DNA of 64,000 nt, taken from contig DRQF01000212.1 in assembly GCA_011369445.1 (NCBI GenBank), positions 16,099-80,098 of the forward strand, given 5' to 3'. The notes under the pieces are model-generated. The model was given only the letters and a program-made list of their open reading frames with translations. It was not told where the DNA came from and ran no database searches. Source of the stretch: Planctomycetota bacterium. GTDB lineage: Bacteria > Planctomycetota > GCA-002687715 > DRQF01. This document shows, piece after piece, positions 38,401-49,700 of this stretch. Made by a program: the position numbers and the translations under genes. The first letter of the stretch is position 1. The number at the start of each line of letters is the position of its first letter.

Positions 38401-39600
38401 ATGCGGACCTTGGGTTTCTTGGTGGTTTTGGCCGCGTTCTCGAGTCCGGGGCGCTTTCTGTCCGCTCAGGCGCCGCCTTGGTGGTGGGGTTCCTTCGACA
38501 AGGGTGTGCAGGAGGCCGCCGACCGAAACGTTCCCGTCGTGATCGTCGTCATCCAGGACGACGAAGAGGCGAACGAACGGGTCAGTGACACTCTCGTGGG
38601 CGACAAGGGGTTCGCCAAGGCCTGCGAGCATGCCGTCGCGTTCATCTGCAGCAAGAAGGATCACGGTCTCCGGAAGGAGAAGAAAGGCCCTCGCAAGGTC
38701 TGCAAGCGGTTCGGCGGCATCCCCTGTGCCATGCATATCGCCCACGAGCAGGACATGTTCCTACGTCTGTTCGTCGGCAAGCCGGTCAAGACGCCCCAGG
38801 TTCTGGTGTGCACGCCGGAGCTGAAGGTCGTGAAATCGCTCGTGGATGTCTGGGGTGCCTCCGCCTACGTCCAGGCGATTCGCGCGGCGCGCAAGAAGAT
38901 GGGCCCGGGATTCACCCGGGAGGAATACGTGGCCGCGAAGCGGGCCCTGGCCCAAGCGAAGACCGCCGTGAAGAGGAAGGACTTTCCACGCGCCTATCGC
39001 TTGGTGGAAGACATCGTGGCGCATCCCTCGTCGTCCAACCTCGTCAAGGCCGCCCAAAAGGTTCAGAAGCAGGTTGTGGACGACGTAGGACGGGCGATCC
39101 AAGCCGCCGAGGAGTCCATTTCCGAACCCGTCCGCCTCTGGACGACCCTCGAGATCCTCTTGTCCTACGAGCAGAAGCTCGATGGAACGCCGCTCGGTAA
39201 GTCCATCGATACGGCTTTGAGGAAGCTCGGACGAAACAGAAACGTGCGAGCGACCCTCGCTCGGATCAAGAAGCAAGCTCGCCTCGCACCGCTCTACGAG
39301 AAGGCAAGGGCCCACGAGAAAAAGGGCCGTTACATCGAGGCGCGGAAGGCCTATCTCAGCGTCCGGAGGAAGGCCAAGGGGCTTCCCCTTGCCGATCGTG
39401 CCCTCGATGACGTGCGTCGCATGGAGTCCGTCGACGCGATCAGAAAGCTCTTTCTCGCCGAAGCGAAGAGGCTTCTCGAGCGAGCGCTCGCCCTGAAGAA
39501 GGAAGGCAAGGACTCCCAGGCGAGGCGCATGCTGCGCAAGGTGGTGAAGGACTTCGAGGGGCTTCCTCCGGCCGAAGCGGCCGCCGCGTACCTTCTGTGA
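38401..39600 (+). CDS. Secreted protein with an N-terminal thioredoxin-like region and a helical (TPR-like) C-terminal region
   Basis: Signal peptide (MRTLGFLVVLAAFSSP). Cysteine pairs sit in a thioredoxin-like context, and the C-terminal half is lysine-rich and helical. The internal ATG at 38401 is preferred over the ORF start at 38296. Confidence 0.4.
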   Translation: MRTLGFLVVLAAFSSPGRFLSAQAPPWWWGSFDKGVQEAADRNVPVVIVVIQDDEEANERVSDTLVGDKGFAKACEHAVAFICSKKDHGLRKEKKGPRKVCKRFGGIPCAMHIAHEQDMFLRLFVGKPVKTPQVLVCTPELKVVKSLVDVWGASAYVQAIRAARKKMGPGFTREEYVAAKRALAQAKTAVKRKDFPRAYRLVEDIVAHPSSSNLVKAAQKVQKQVVDDVGRAIQAAEESISEPVRLWTTLEILLSYEQKLDGTPLGKSIDTALRKLGRNRNVRATLARIKKQARLAPLYEKARAHEKKGRYIEARKAYLSVRRKAKGLPLADRALDDVRRMESVDAIRKLFLAEAKRLLERALALKKEGKDSQARRMLRKVVKDFEGLPPAEAAAAYLL

Positions 39601-39679
39601 CACCTCCCACGAAGGGCGAGTGCCGCACCTTGGGATGACGGTTGGTCTCCGGCTGCTCCATCCCACAAGATAGGTTCCC

Positions 39680-40642
39680 ATGCGCATCGTTTTCCTCGGA
39701 ACGTCTTCGTTCGGAGCCAAGGCTCTCGAGGGGCTGCTCGGCGGCCCTCATGAGCCTGCCCTCGTCGTGACCCAGCCCGACCGTCCGGCCGGCCGCGGGC
39801 GATCGCTGAAGAGCCCGCCGGTGAAGGACACGGCCGAGGCTGCGGGCATCGCCGTATTTCAGCCCGAGAAGGTCAACACGCGCGCCGCCCGGGCGCGGAT
39901 TCGGGAGGCCGCACCGGACGCCCTCGTGGTCGTGGCGTTTGGACAGATCCTTCGACCGCTGCTCCTCGCCCTTCCTCCCTTGGGATGTTTCAATCTCCAC
40001 GCCTCGCTGCTTCCTCGCCACCGAGGGGCATCGCCGATTCAGGCCCAGATTCTCCATGGAGACGATCCGGTGGGCGTGACGGTCATGAAGTTGGACGAGG
40101 GCATGGACACCGGTCCCATCGCACTCCAGGGAACCCTGCCCGCCCTCCCCGATGAGACCGCGGGGGCGCTCCACGATCGGCTGGCGCTGTTGGGAAGGGA
40201 TCTCCTTCCAGAAGCGTTGAACCTTCTTGAGCGCGGCGCTTTGACCCTCCGCCCCCAGGACGAGACCCTTGCGACTCACGCGCCAATTCTTCGAAAGTCG
40301 GACGGACTGCTGGACTTTCGAGAAAGTGCCCAAGCTGTGGCCCGACGGATCCGGGCCTTTGACCCCTGGCCTGGGAATCGGGTGCGAGTTCGCGATGACG
40401 GGGCGCTCAGGGAGTGGGCGCTTGCGGACGTAGCCGTCGCGGAGGAGGCCTCCGGGGCCCCCGGGGCCATCACGGTGACGGCCGAGGGGCGCCTGCTCAT
40501 CACTTGCGGGAAAGGGGGCCTGCTTGTGGGTGCCGTGACGCCACGAGCCCGACGCCGGATGACGGTGCGCGCGTATTTGAATGGGAGCCCTCTCTCCCCC
40601 CGGGCCCGGTGCCTCATGCCCGAGGAGCCCGCGGAGCCGTGA
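39680..40642 (+). CDS. fmt: Methionyl-tRNA formyltransferase
   Basis: MRIVFLGT and NLHASLLPRHRGASPIQ motifs. Confidence 0.9.
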   Translation: MRIVFLGTSSFGAKALEGLLGGPHEPALVVTQPDRPAGRGRSLKSPPVKDTAEAAGIAVFQPEKVNTRAARARIREAAPDALVVVAFGQILRPLLLALPPLGCFNLHASLLPRHRGASPIQAQILHGDDPVGVTVMKLDEGMDTGPIALQGTLPALPDETAGALHDRLALLGRDLLPEALNLLERGALTLRPQDETLATHAPILRKSDGLLDFRESAQAVARRIRAFDPWPGNRVRVRDDGALREWALADVAVAEEASGAPGAITVTAEGRLLITCGKGGLLVGAVTPRARRRMTVRAYLNGSPLSPRARCLMPEEPAEP

Positions 40643-41976
40643 GCGCCAGTGTCCGCGCCGTCGCCCTGAAAACCTTGCTTTCCGGCCCGGAGGAGGGGGA
40701 GTTGCGGCGCGCGGCTTCCCGTCTCCCGGAGCGAGACCGGGGCCTTCTCATCGAACTCGTGCGAGGCGTTCTCCGCCGACGGACGACTCTCGATCACGTG
40801 TTGGCGGAATTCGCCCGCGCGAGGAGGCTTGCCCCAAGGACGCACCTCGTCCTCATTCTCGGGATCTACCAGCTGTTGTATCTCGGCCGAGTTCCGGCCC
40901 ACGCCGCGGTGAATGGTAGCGTCGAACTCGTCCGCGGGCGCCGCACGCGGGGGTTCGTGAACGCCGTGCTCCGGGCGGTCGAACGGGCCGCTCGCCCGGT
41001 GGAGGGGGTCGAGGCGGAGGGCCGCGCCGCGGATCTTCTGCGCACTGCGCCGGGTGCGGGGTTCCTGTTCGATCGTCCTCTCTTCCCGGACCCGAAGGGG
41101 GAGCCGGTCGCGTGGTTGGCGGTTCAGGAGTCGTTCACCGAGGAGGCGGCGCGTCTTTTCATCGACGAATTCGGCCCGGATCGAGGGGCGACTCTCTTGC
41201 GGGCGGCCAATCTGTCCCCCGTTTTGACCCTCAGGGAGACGGCAGGATCCGCGGCCCCGTTCCCGTCGCTCCTCGCAGGGGAGGGGCTGCGGGTGGAACC
41301 GGTCGAGGGGCACCCCGAGCCCATGTACCGGCTCGTCGGTGGCGGGGACCCCGTTCGGACGGAACTTTTCAGGGCGGGGCGCTTCACCCTTCAAGGGCTC
41401 CACGCCGCGCGCGTCGTTCCTCTGCTACAACCCAGCCCCGGAGAGACCGCCATCGACCTCTGCGCTGCCCCGGGTGGTAAGACGGCTCAGCTGGCGGAGC
41501 GCCTCGCCGGCGGTCGTGTGCTCGCCTGCACCCTCGACGAGAGGGGCCGCCACCGGCTGGAGGGAACCCTGAGGAGGCTTGGATGCGAGAACGCGAGGAT
41601 TGTCGAGGTTGCGCCCGAGGGCCCGGTCCCCGAGCTCCCCAACGCGACGATGCTGCTCCTCGACGTTCCTTGCAGCAATTCCGGCGTTCTCTCCCGTCGA
41701 CCGGAGGCCCGGCAACGCCTGAATCCGTCCTCTCTCGCCTCGTTGCAGGATCTTCAACGGTCTCTTTTGGAACGCGGGCTGGATTGGTTGGCCGAGCGCC
41801 CTCGGGACGCCCGGCTCGTCTATTCGACCTGCAGCATTTTCCGACGCGAGAACGGTGATCTCGTCCGAGCCGCCCTGGAGGCGAGACCCGGTTTTCGCGT
41901 GGATGCCGAGATTCAAAGCCTTCCCGCAGAGGCCTGGTCCGATGGGGGGTACGCCGCTCGCATCCGGAGGAGATGA
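40639..41976 (+). CDS. rsmB: 16S rRNA (cytosine-C5) methyltransferase RsmB/Sun
   Basis: N-terminal NusB-like domain. DLCAAPGGKT, LDVPCSNSG and YSTCS motifs are present. The GTG start overlaps the fmt stop. Confidence 0.85.
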   Translation: MSASVRAVALKTLLSGPEEGELRRAASRLPERDRGLLIELVRGVLRRRTTLDHVLAEFARARRLAPRTHLVLILGIYQLLYLGRVPAHAAVNGSVELVRGRRTRGFVNAVLRAVERAARPVEGVEAEGRAADLLRTAPGAGFLFDRPLFPDPKGEPVAWLAVQESFTEEAARLFIDEFGPDRGATLLRAANLSPVLTLRETAGSAAPFPSLLAGEGLRVEPVEGHPEPMYRLVGGGDPVRTELFRAGRFTLQGLHAARVVPLLQPSPGETAIDLCAAPGGKTAQLAERLAGGRVLACTLDERGRHRLEGTLRRLGCENARIVEVAPEGPVPELPNATMLLLDVPCSNSGVLSRRPEARQRLNPSSLASLQDLQRSLLERGLDWLAERPRDARLVYSTCSIFRRENGDLVRAALEARPGFRVDAEIQSLPAEAWSDGGYAARIRRR

Positions 41977-42072
41977 GAGGGGGTTTGGCCGGAAGGGGGG
42001 TGGTGGATATAAGAGAGACTCCCTGGACCCACGGTCCGAACAGGATTCACCGGATTTCTCGAGGAGTACACG

Positions 42073-42627
42073 ATGTCACGACGTTCGTCCCGCGGGCGGA
42101 GCCCACGACGCAAACAGAGTTCCAGCGGCGCCTTGGTCCTTTGGGGGATCGTGGCAGTGGGCGTCATTGCCGTCATCGTGGCCATCGCCCTCAGCGGCGG
42201 AGAGGACTCCGACGAACCCGAGATCAAGCCCGGTCCCTCCTCCTCGATGGACACGAGAACTGATCCGGCAAACGACTTCGACAAGATCAATTCCGCCTCC
42301 AACGGGTCTCTTGAGCCCAACTTCCGAGCCCTGGCGAAGAAGGTCGACATGTCCACGTGGACCGAAGCCGAAAAACACTTCCGCGAGGCCAGGCGTCTCA
42401 AGGCGGAGGCCATGGCGATTCGCCCCAAGAGCGAGGCTCAATTCGAAAAGATCATGGCGAAGGCCATTGCGGAATGGCGACAGGGAAATGCGCTCTATGA
42501 CGACTGGAAGTACGAGGTCGACGGCCTCCACGAGGATCTGATCGACAAGGCGTTCAGGAAACAGGACCGACTCGTCACGAAGCTCCAAAAGGAGTTCCGC
42601 GGCTGGCTCAAGTTCGAGAACAAGTAG
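42073..42627 (+). CDS. Hypothetical membrane-anchored protein
   Basis: Arg/Ser-rich N-terminus, one TM helix, and a charged helical C-terminus. No recognisable motif. Confidence 0.4.
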   Translation: MSRRSSRGRSPRRKQSSSGALVLWGIVAVGVIAVIVAIALSGGEDSDEPEIKPGPSSSMDTRTDPANDFDKINSASNGSLEPNFRALAKKVDMSTWTEAEKHFREARRLKAEAMAIRPKSEAQFEKIMAKAIAEWRQGNALYDDWKYEVDGLHEDLIDKAFRKQDRLVTKLQKEFRGWLKFENK

Positions 42628-42669
42628 GTCCGGCCGAGAGACGTGGCCGGGTCTTCGACCCGGGGATTC

Positions 42670-43758
42670 TCACGAGATCCCCATCTCCGCCAGGGTGGCG
42701 TCCAGATCCGTCAAGAGCCCGTCGATATCCCTCATCGTGAGGTCTCCGAGGTGACCGATTCGGAAGGTCGTCTCCTTCAGTTCTCCGTAGCCCGCTCCGA
42801 TTCGCTTACCTCTTTTCAGTAGTTCGTCGACGAGGGCTGTCGGGGAAATGCGCCCGTCCGTCCGGAAGACGCTCTCGCTGGGTGTCATGAACCCAGCATC
42901 CGGAAAAAGAGAGAATCGCTCGGACAGATGCCCGCGCACTCGCTCCGCGAGGGCGGCGTGCCGATTCCATCGCTCCTCGAGCCCCTCCTTTCTCAGGATG
43001 TGATCGAGCTGGACACCTAGGGCGCGCAGCAAAGAGATGTTCGTGGTGGCGGGACACTGCCCCTTGGCCGCCATCTTCCGGTAGAGCTGAAAGTCGAAGT
43101 AATGCCCTCGGCCCTCGATGGCTGCGGACCGTTCCATGGCACGAGCGCTGACCGTGAAGACGGTGAGCCCAGGGGGCAAGGCCAGGCATTTCTGAGTTCC
43201 CGCAAATGCGAGATCCACGCCCCACAGGTCCGTTTCGAAGGGGGCGCCGGCCAGGGAGCTCACGCAGTCGACGGCCAAGAGGACGTCGTCGTGGCGACGC
43301 ACCAACTCACCCAGCTCCGCAATGGGGTTCAGAACACCCGTACTCGTCTCGCTGTGCACGGCCGTCACGAGGTCGTAGGCCCCGGTGGCCAGTTCCCGCT
43401 CCACCTCCGCGAGATCGATGGGTTGCCCGGCGGGGACTCCGAGACGAGTGGCCGGTCGGCCGCATTTCAGGGCCGTCTGATACTGACGCTCGCTGAACGC
43501 ACCGCACACCGTCGACAAGACCTTTTTGCGCGACAGATTGCGGACGGCCGCTTCCATGAGTCCCGTCGCGGACGAGCAGGCGACAAAGCATTCCTGTCGG
43601 GTGCGGTAGAGTGCGCCCAAATCTTCGAAGATCCGGCGCGTGATCGCCTCGATGCGAGGCCCTCGATGAGAAATGACGGGCTCCGAGAGGACGCGAAGAA
43701 TCTCGGGACGAACTTCCGTGGGGCCTGGAATGAACAGCAAGGGCACGTCGCGGGTCAT
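42670..43758 (-). CDS. Class V PLP-dependent aminotransferase (serine-pyruvate / alanine-glyoxylate / phosphoserine aminotransferase-like)
   Basis: LLFIPGPTE N-terminus, and the PLP-lysine region FAGTQKCL. Confidence 0.8.
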   Translation of the reverse strand: MTRDVPLLFIPGPTEVRPEILRVLSEPVISHRGPRIEAITRRIFEDLGALYRTRQECFVACSSATGLMEAAVRNLSRKKVLSTVCGAFSERQYQTALKCGRPATRLGVPAGQPIDLAEVERELATGAYDLVTAVHSETSTGVLNPIAELGELVRRHDDVLLAVDCVSSLAGAPFETDLWGVDLAFAGTQKCLALPPGLTVFTVSARAMERSAAIEGRGHYFDFQLYRKMAAKGQCPATTNISLLRALGVQLDHILRKEGLEERWNRHAALAERVRGHLSERFSLFPDAGFMTPSESVFRTDGRISPTALVDELLKRGKRIGAGYGELKETTFRIGHLGDLTMRDIDGLLTDLDATLAEMGIS

Positions 43759-43825
43759 GGGTTGTCCTCGGGTTCGGATTCAACGCCGTCATGCCAAGAT
43801 CGACGCACGAGGCCAAGCGACGCGG

Positions 43826-44920
43826 TCACGGCGACCGCCACCTGACCATTGCGCGGCGAAGTTGTTCCAGTCCGAGCACGAGGGGCGCGATGGCCATCTT
43901 CCCGCGCGCGGAGTCCCACCCGTAGACGGCGAGAACCGATGCCCCCCCCAGATAGGAAAGACCCACCAGCAGATGGACGGCGCTTTCGGACCCCAGTTTG
44001 GCAGTGAGGACATGGGACAGATGGTCCCGCCCGGCTTGCCAGGGGGGGCGTCGCTCCCGGAGCCTTCGCACGATCACGAACCCCATGTCGGCCAGGGGAA
44101 GGGCGAAGATGCCCAAGGGAACGATGAGAGGGGCCCATGCGGGAGTCGGTGCCCCGAACTCCCCCCCGTAGGTGACGGCCACGCCCAGTCCCGCCAACAG
44201 AAACCCGACCCCGAGGCTTCCCTCGTCTCCCATGTACACCCGCGCGGGCGGGCGGTTCCACCCCAACACGGCGGCGGTGGATCCGAGGATCGCCAGGGCC
44301 ATGGCGGCGGCAAACCACTGGCCGTCTCCGCCCGCCACGATGGCGAGGGAAAGAGCGATGGACGTGGCCACCCCGGGAAGAAGCGCGTCCATGTTGTCGA
44401 TGAAGTTGAAGGCGTTCGTCATGGCAACGAACCAGATCACGGTCAGGAGTATCTGAAGAGAAGGGGAGGGAAGGAACACGGACAGCCTGAGGCCCATGGC
44501 CGCGGTCACGGTTGCGGCGAGAACCTCCTCCACCAGGCGTCGCCTGATCGACAACCCGCCCCGATCGTCGCGACGCCCGAGATGGGCCATCCACAGGGCG
44601 CAAAAAAGCCAGACGGCGGCCGTCGACGATCGTTCGAGAAGGCCGTCGCCATGGATGCGCAGCACGCCGCCCGCGGACACCCCCAGCCCCCTGGCCAGAA
44701 GCACGGCGAGGACTCCACTCGCCACGAGGAGTACGATCGTGACGAGGATGGCCTGCCCGCCCCCGTAGGGGACGGCGGACTCTTGGGGTTTCCTCTCGCC
44801 GGGAGCGTCGACGTGACCCTGGGTCAGGTTGCCCGAGACGATGCGAGGAAGGAACCAGCGCGTGAGGGCGTAGGCGGCCAAGAGGACGGCGGCACCGTAT
44901 CCTGCTAATCTGAGATCCAT
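43826..44920 (-). CDS. Polyprenyl-phosphate N-acetylhexosamine-1-phosphate transferase (MraY/WecA family, GT4)
   Basis: Multi-TM protein with NAFNFIDNMDAL (the NxxNxxDGxDGL-type motif) and a VYMGDEGS motif. Confidence 0.75.
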   Translation of the reverse strand: MDLRLAGYGAAVLLAAYALTRWFLPRIVSGNLTQGHVDAPGERKPQESAVPYGGGQAILVTIVLLVASGVLAVLLARGLGVSAGGVLRIHGDGLLERSSTAAVWLFCALWMAHLGRRDDRGGLSIRRRLVEEVLAATVTAAMGLRLSVFLPSPSLQILLTVIWFVAMTNAFNFIDNMDALLPGVATSIALSLAIVAGGDGQWFAAAMALAILGSTAAVLGWNRPPARVYMGDEGSLGVGFLLAGLGVAVTYGGEFGAPTPAWAPLIVPLGIFALPLADMGFVIVRRLRERRPPWQAGRDHLSHVLTAKLGSESAVHLLVGLSYLGGASVLAVYGWDSARGKMAIAPLVLGLEQLRRAMVRWRSP

Positions 44921-45776
44921 GTCCCGAGCGCTCCTTGCCTACAACACCAACGGGTTCGCCCATCATAGGTTGCGCGACGCAATCGTCATCTTGTCCGAGC
45001 TGGACTATCGGGGCGTGGCTCTCACCTTGGACGTCCATCACCTCGACCCGTATTCCCCTCGACATGAGGTCGAATGCCAAGAGATACGTCGGCTCTTGGC
45101 GGACCGGGGCATGGCTTGCGTCATCGAGACGGGAGCGCGGTTCCTCCTGAATCCAAGGCGCAAGCACTACCCCAGCTTGCTCTGCAATCAGGCGGCCGCG
45201 GCCAAGCGTCTGGACTTCTACTACCGGGCCATCGACACCGCGGCGGCGATCGGGGCCACCACGATCGCCCTTTGGTCCGGCCATGATTTCGACGGCGTCG
45301 GCGCCGACGAGGGGATGGATCGTCTGGTTCGTGGCCTCGAGATGGTTCTCCGTCGCGCGGAAGATGTGGGGATCGACGTGGCGTTCGAGCCCGAGCCCGG
45401 CATGTTCGTGGAGTCTCTCCCTCAATACGACGTTCTCCGAGCGCGCATCGATTCCGAAAGATTCGGATTGGCCCTGGATCTCGGTCACATTCTCGTCACT
45501 CAGGAGTGCGAGCCCGCGGAAGCGGTCCGACGCTATCGAGCGGATCTTCTGACGGTGACGATCGAGGACATGAAGCGAGGCATTCATCGACACCTGCCCT
45601 TCGGAGAAGGCGACATGGAGGTCGGCCCGATCCTGCTGGCCCTGGAGGAAATCGGGTATCGGGGCTTGCTCATCGTGGAGCTCTCCCGGGAAAGCGCCGA
45701 GGCGCCCACGCAAGCGGCGAGAGCGATGCATTATCTTGCAAATGTCGGGAAGAACCTCGGATGGGCCGATAGCTGA
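44919..45776 (+). CDS. Sugar phosphate isomerase/epimerase (xylose isomerase-like TIM barrel)
   Basis: Pattern typical of the AP-endonuclease 2 / TIM-barrel family: LALDLGH and IVELSRE. Confidence 0.65.
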   Translation: MSRALLAYNTNGFAHHRLRDAIVILSELDYRGVALTLDVHHLDPYSPRHEVECQEIRRLLADRGMACVIETGARFLLNPRRKHYPSLLCNQAAAAKRLDFYYRAIDTAAAIGATTIALWSGHDFDGVGADEGMDRLVRGLEMVLRRAEDVGIDVAFEPEPGMFVESLPQYDVLRARIDSERFGLALDLGHILVTQECEPAEAVRRYRADLLTVTIEDMKRGIHRHLPFGEGDMEVGPILLALEEIGYRGLLIVELSRESAEAPTQAARAMHYLANVGKNLGWADS

Positions 45777-45782
45777 AGCGTC

Positions 45783-46703
45783 ATGACTATCGCATCCGAT
45801 CCCATCGACCCCCGACCGGAGAGTCCCGGGCGCGCCGCGGCGCCTCCCATCCTCGTCGTGGAGGACGACCCCGCATTCTCCAAGCTGATGCAAAAACGAC
45901 TCGTGGCCCATGGCTACAAGGTTCTGCTGGCTCGGGATGGAATGGAGGGGTTGGAGCTCTGCCGCGAACATCATCCCGATCTCGTACTCTCCGATTGGAT
46001 GATGCCCAAGATGAACGGCGTCGACCTCTGCGAGGAGATACGGAAGACCAAGGGCCTCGAGAACACCTACATCATCCTCATCTCGAGCAAAGCCGACACG
46101 GGGGAGCGCGTACGTGGATTCGATGCGGGCGCCGACGACTACCTGGTCAAGAATTGTGATCCGGAGGAGCTTCAGGCTCGCATCCGTGTCGGGTTGAGGG
46201 TGAGAGAGCTTCAACGCGCGCTGGAACGCCAGGCGCGGGTCGATGACCTGACGGGACTCTGGAACCGAGCGTATTTCTACGAACGTCTTTCGGAAGAGAT
46301 TCCCAGGGCCCTGCGATTCGGAAAAGCCCTGACCGTCGCAATGATCGATCTCGATGGATTCAAGGGAGTGAACGATACGTACGGTCATCTGGCCGGCGAC
46401 GGGGCTCTGACTTTCGCCGCGGAATTGCTGACCACCCATTGTCGCGCCGTCGATATCGTGGGGCGATATGGCGGAGATGAATTCGTCATCGCATTCGTCG
46501 AAACCGAGCCCCGAACCGCCGTGGCCGTCATGGAACGGATTCGCAAGGAGATCGACGACCACCCCTTTCAGTGGGAAGGAGCGGATGCCCGGTTCGGGCT
46601 GAGTTTCGGGATGGCGGATCTCTGTCCGGAACGAAACACTCCCGATCTTCTGCTTCGCGCCGCCGATGACGCCCTCTATGAGATGAAGCGCCATCATTCC
46701 TGA
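45783..46703 (+). CDS. Response regulator-diguanylate cyclase (REC + GGDEF)
   Basis: Receiver domain with the phospho-acceptor in LVLSDWMMPKMNG, a GGDEF domain (RYGGDEF) and an RxxD I-site (RAVD). Confidence 0.85.
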   Translation: MTIASDPIDPRPESPGRAAAPPILVVEDDPAFSKLMQKRLVAHGYKVLLARDGMEGLELCREHHPDLVLSDWMMPKMNGVDLCEEIRKTKGLENTYIILISSKADTGERVRGFDAGADDYLVKNCDPEELQARIRVGLRVRELQRALERQARVDDLTGLWNRAYFYERLSEEIPRALRFGKALTVAMIDLDGFKGVNDTYGHLAGDGALTFAAELLTTHCRAVDIVGRYGGDEFVIAFVETEPRTAVAVMERIRKEIDDHPFQWEGADARFGLSFGMADLCPERNTPDLLLRAADDALYEMKRHHS

Positions 46704-46744
46704 GCACCGCGCGCGGGGCGAGGCGAGATGGCTTGCTTCGGCGT

Positions 46745-49700
46745 CTATCTTTCTCGATGAGTCTTCAGCACGGCCGCCGCGCGACGACTGAGGACATGCG
46801 GCGCCTGCCTCAGCCACCCCTTCATCAATTGGGATCGCACCAGGTCTCGGCGCTCCATGAGCGCACCAGCCAAGCCCGTGGGCTCGGCTCCACTGGAAAG
46901 AACGATGACAGGAGGCGGCGTCGTCGAGGACGCATCCAGGATGTCCACGACCTGAACCGGGTCCAGGCCGGGCATCAGGAGGTCCAGGAGGATGAGATCC
47001 GTCTCCCGGATGGAGCCCTCCAGATCCTCCGTGTCGTCTCCCATGAAGTGGGTGACGACGAAACCTTCTTTTCCCAACGCTCTTCGAACGAGCTGTCCCA
47101 TGGCCGGGTCGTCGTCGATGAGCAGGATCCGTGCGGGAGTCTCCGAGGGAAGCGAGACGCGGTGGCGTTTCAAGGTTGCCTCGATGTCCTGCGGAACCGT
47201 GGGTTTCTTCAGGACATCCAGGTGGTCGAAGCAGGCGATTTCGTCCGCGAGAGGGCTCATGTCGGTCGGCAGGCCCGTCCACAGGACGAACGCGGTCGAG
47301 CTGAGGCTCTCGACGTCGGACAGCGCGTTGATCAGGTCCAGGCCCGTCTGAGGGGGGGACCCGGCCGGTGCGGGCATCAGGTACTCAGTGACCACGATGT
47401 CTGGAATGAGGCGTCGCGCCTCTTCCTCCGCATCGGGGATGCAGTCGGCGATGAAAAGAGACCCTCCAGCCTTCTTGACGGCCTCCGCGAACCCGGTGAC
47501 ATGGGGGCCCGGTCGGTCCACGAGGAGGACGACGGGCCCACCGGCCCGCTCGTCCACTGGCCGCACGAAGCTTTCGGGAAGTACGTCTTCCATGGAAGCT
47601 GGGAGAAGCACCACCGCGGTCGTGCCGCGTCCGGGCCCGTCGCTTTCCAAACGAATCGTTCCACCCATCATGCGGACCATCGCCTGTGCGATGGTGAGTC
47701 CCAAGCCGCTGCCGCCGAAACTCCGGGTGTCACCGCCGTCGAGTTGCACGAAGGCTTCGAAGACCCGTTCTGCGTCCTCGCGGGCCAGCCCGATCCCCAT
47801 GTCCGTGATGCGCACCTCGGCAAAGCCCGTTCCGGGGAGGTCCTGAATGGCGATGTCGATGGGGCGTCCTTCCGAGAACTTCGTGGCGTTGTCCACCAGG
47901 TGAACGAGGGCCCGACGGAGCTGGCCCATGTCGACGTCCACGAACACCCGCTCTCCCCCCTCGATCCGGATACGGCTCGTCGTCCCGTCGGCAAGCGGCG
48001 GCGGAGCGTCCGCGATGTCCTCGATGACTCCGGTCAGATCGATCCGCTCGGGATGGAATCGCATGCGGCCGGCTTCCACCTTGGAAATGTCGAGAACGTC
48101 GTCGACGACTTTGAGCAGTCGCAGCGTGCAGGCGTAGGCCTCGCGGACGCATTCCATCTCCTCGTCACGGTCGTCCACCATGCCGTCCAGAACCAGGCGA
48201 AGAAAACCCAGCGTGCCTGCGAGAGGAGTACGGAGCTCATGCGACGTCGTACTCAGGAAACGCCCCTTCAATCGGTCCGCCTCGAGGAGGCGTTTGTTGA
48301 GGCGCCGGGTCGTTTCGACCATGGTTTCCTTGCGAGACGCGAAGGCCTCGAGTTCCAGGGTCAGGCGCTCCAGGTGCGAGGACTGGGCGAGGACGCGGGC
48401 GTGGAGTTGCGTATTTCCGATGGCAGCGGCGATGGCTTGGGCGATGATCTGAACGGTCCTGAGGAATCCTTCGTCCAGCGCGCGTGGAATGGCGATTTCA
48501 AAGACCCCGACGAGGGCTCCGTTTCGATGCATCGGGATGCCGACTCGAGGCCCACCATCGAGGTGCAGGGCCTCGTTCTCGTGTTCGAACAGCTCGTACT
48601 GAAGGATAGGATCGTCCGCGGCCGTGACCTCCCCGGTCTTTGCGGCGGTGCCCGCAATGCCGATTCCCCAGGGAAGGCGCTCGAGGGGCGCGTCGGTGGG
48701 GCGGAGGCACCTGGACGAGTCCTCGCACCGGCTCGCCAATCGACAAGCTTCACACGAATCTCCCGGGCCGACCAACCAGACTCTCGCGGAGGCCTCGAAT
48801 TCCTCTCGTACGACTCTCGAAAGCCGGGCTCCCAGGTCTGCGATATCGAGGGTGCCGACAACTTCCTGCGCGACCCGATGAGCCCTGATGAGATCGTCGA
48901 TGAGTTGCGAACGCTCGATGTCGAGGGACTTGAGGACGCTCAGGTCTCGGTGAATGGCCAGAAACTGGGTGATCTCGCCATCGGATTCGATGGGGCTCAT
49001 GACGAGCAGCACATCCTTGCGGATGTCTCCGCGCGCTCTCATCGCAACTTCGCCAACCCAGGGCTCTCCAGAGAGAACCTGTTTCCAAACCGGAGTGAAC
49101 GCACATGCGGCGGTCGTACGATTGAAGAGTTTCTCGTACTCGACACCGATGAGTTGGAGTCGCGTGAACTGCACGGCTTCAGTGAAGGCGGGATTCACAT
49201 AGATGATTCGGCGGTCCGTCCCGATGAGGGCCACGGGATCATGGGAGCCGTCCATGACTCCCGCCAGGATGGCATGTTCGGTCTTTTGGAGGGCGATGCG
49301 CTCGGCCATCGAGTTGAAGGATAGGACGAGAGCCCGAAACTCTTCCCGGTCTCCGAGCCGGAGCCGCGCGTTCGATTGCCCCTCGGCGATGGCTCTGGCG
49401 GCGTCGGCGACCTCATGGACCGTTTCCGCGTAGGCGCGCCGCACCTCGATGTCACGGATGGTATCCAGCACTTTGATGTACACGGCCACGGCTCCGAGTG
49501 AGACCGCGGGGAGCCAGGTCCCGTGCGAACCGATCAGGAATACGGCTGCGGAGGTCAATCCGGCAAGAGCTGCCACTCCGTAAGGACGGATCGAGAGGGG
49601 AGAAGGACCACCGACTTGCTCTTTGTTCCGTGGGTTTTTCACCCAAATCGGGAGAAGTGGCCACGCGAGGATGCAAATCAGGGCCAGTGTCCACTTTGGC

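Noticed and set aside
43755-47282. 1175-aa minus-strand ORF
   Set aside because: Arg/Gly/Pro-rich low-complexity translation, typical of a spurious ORF in high-GC DNA. It is antisense to, or out of frame with, four well-supported genes: the GT4 transferase, the sugar isomerase, the REC-GGDEF regulator and the histidine kinase.
46733-49324. 863-aa plus-strand ORF antisense to the hybrid kinase
   Set aside because: No motifs and a G/R/D-rich composition. The kinase on the minus strand has H-box, G-box and receiver motifs.
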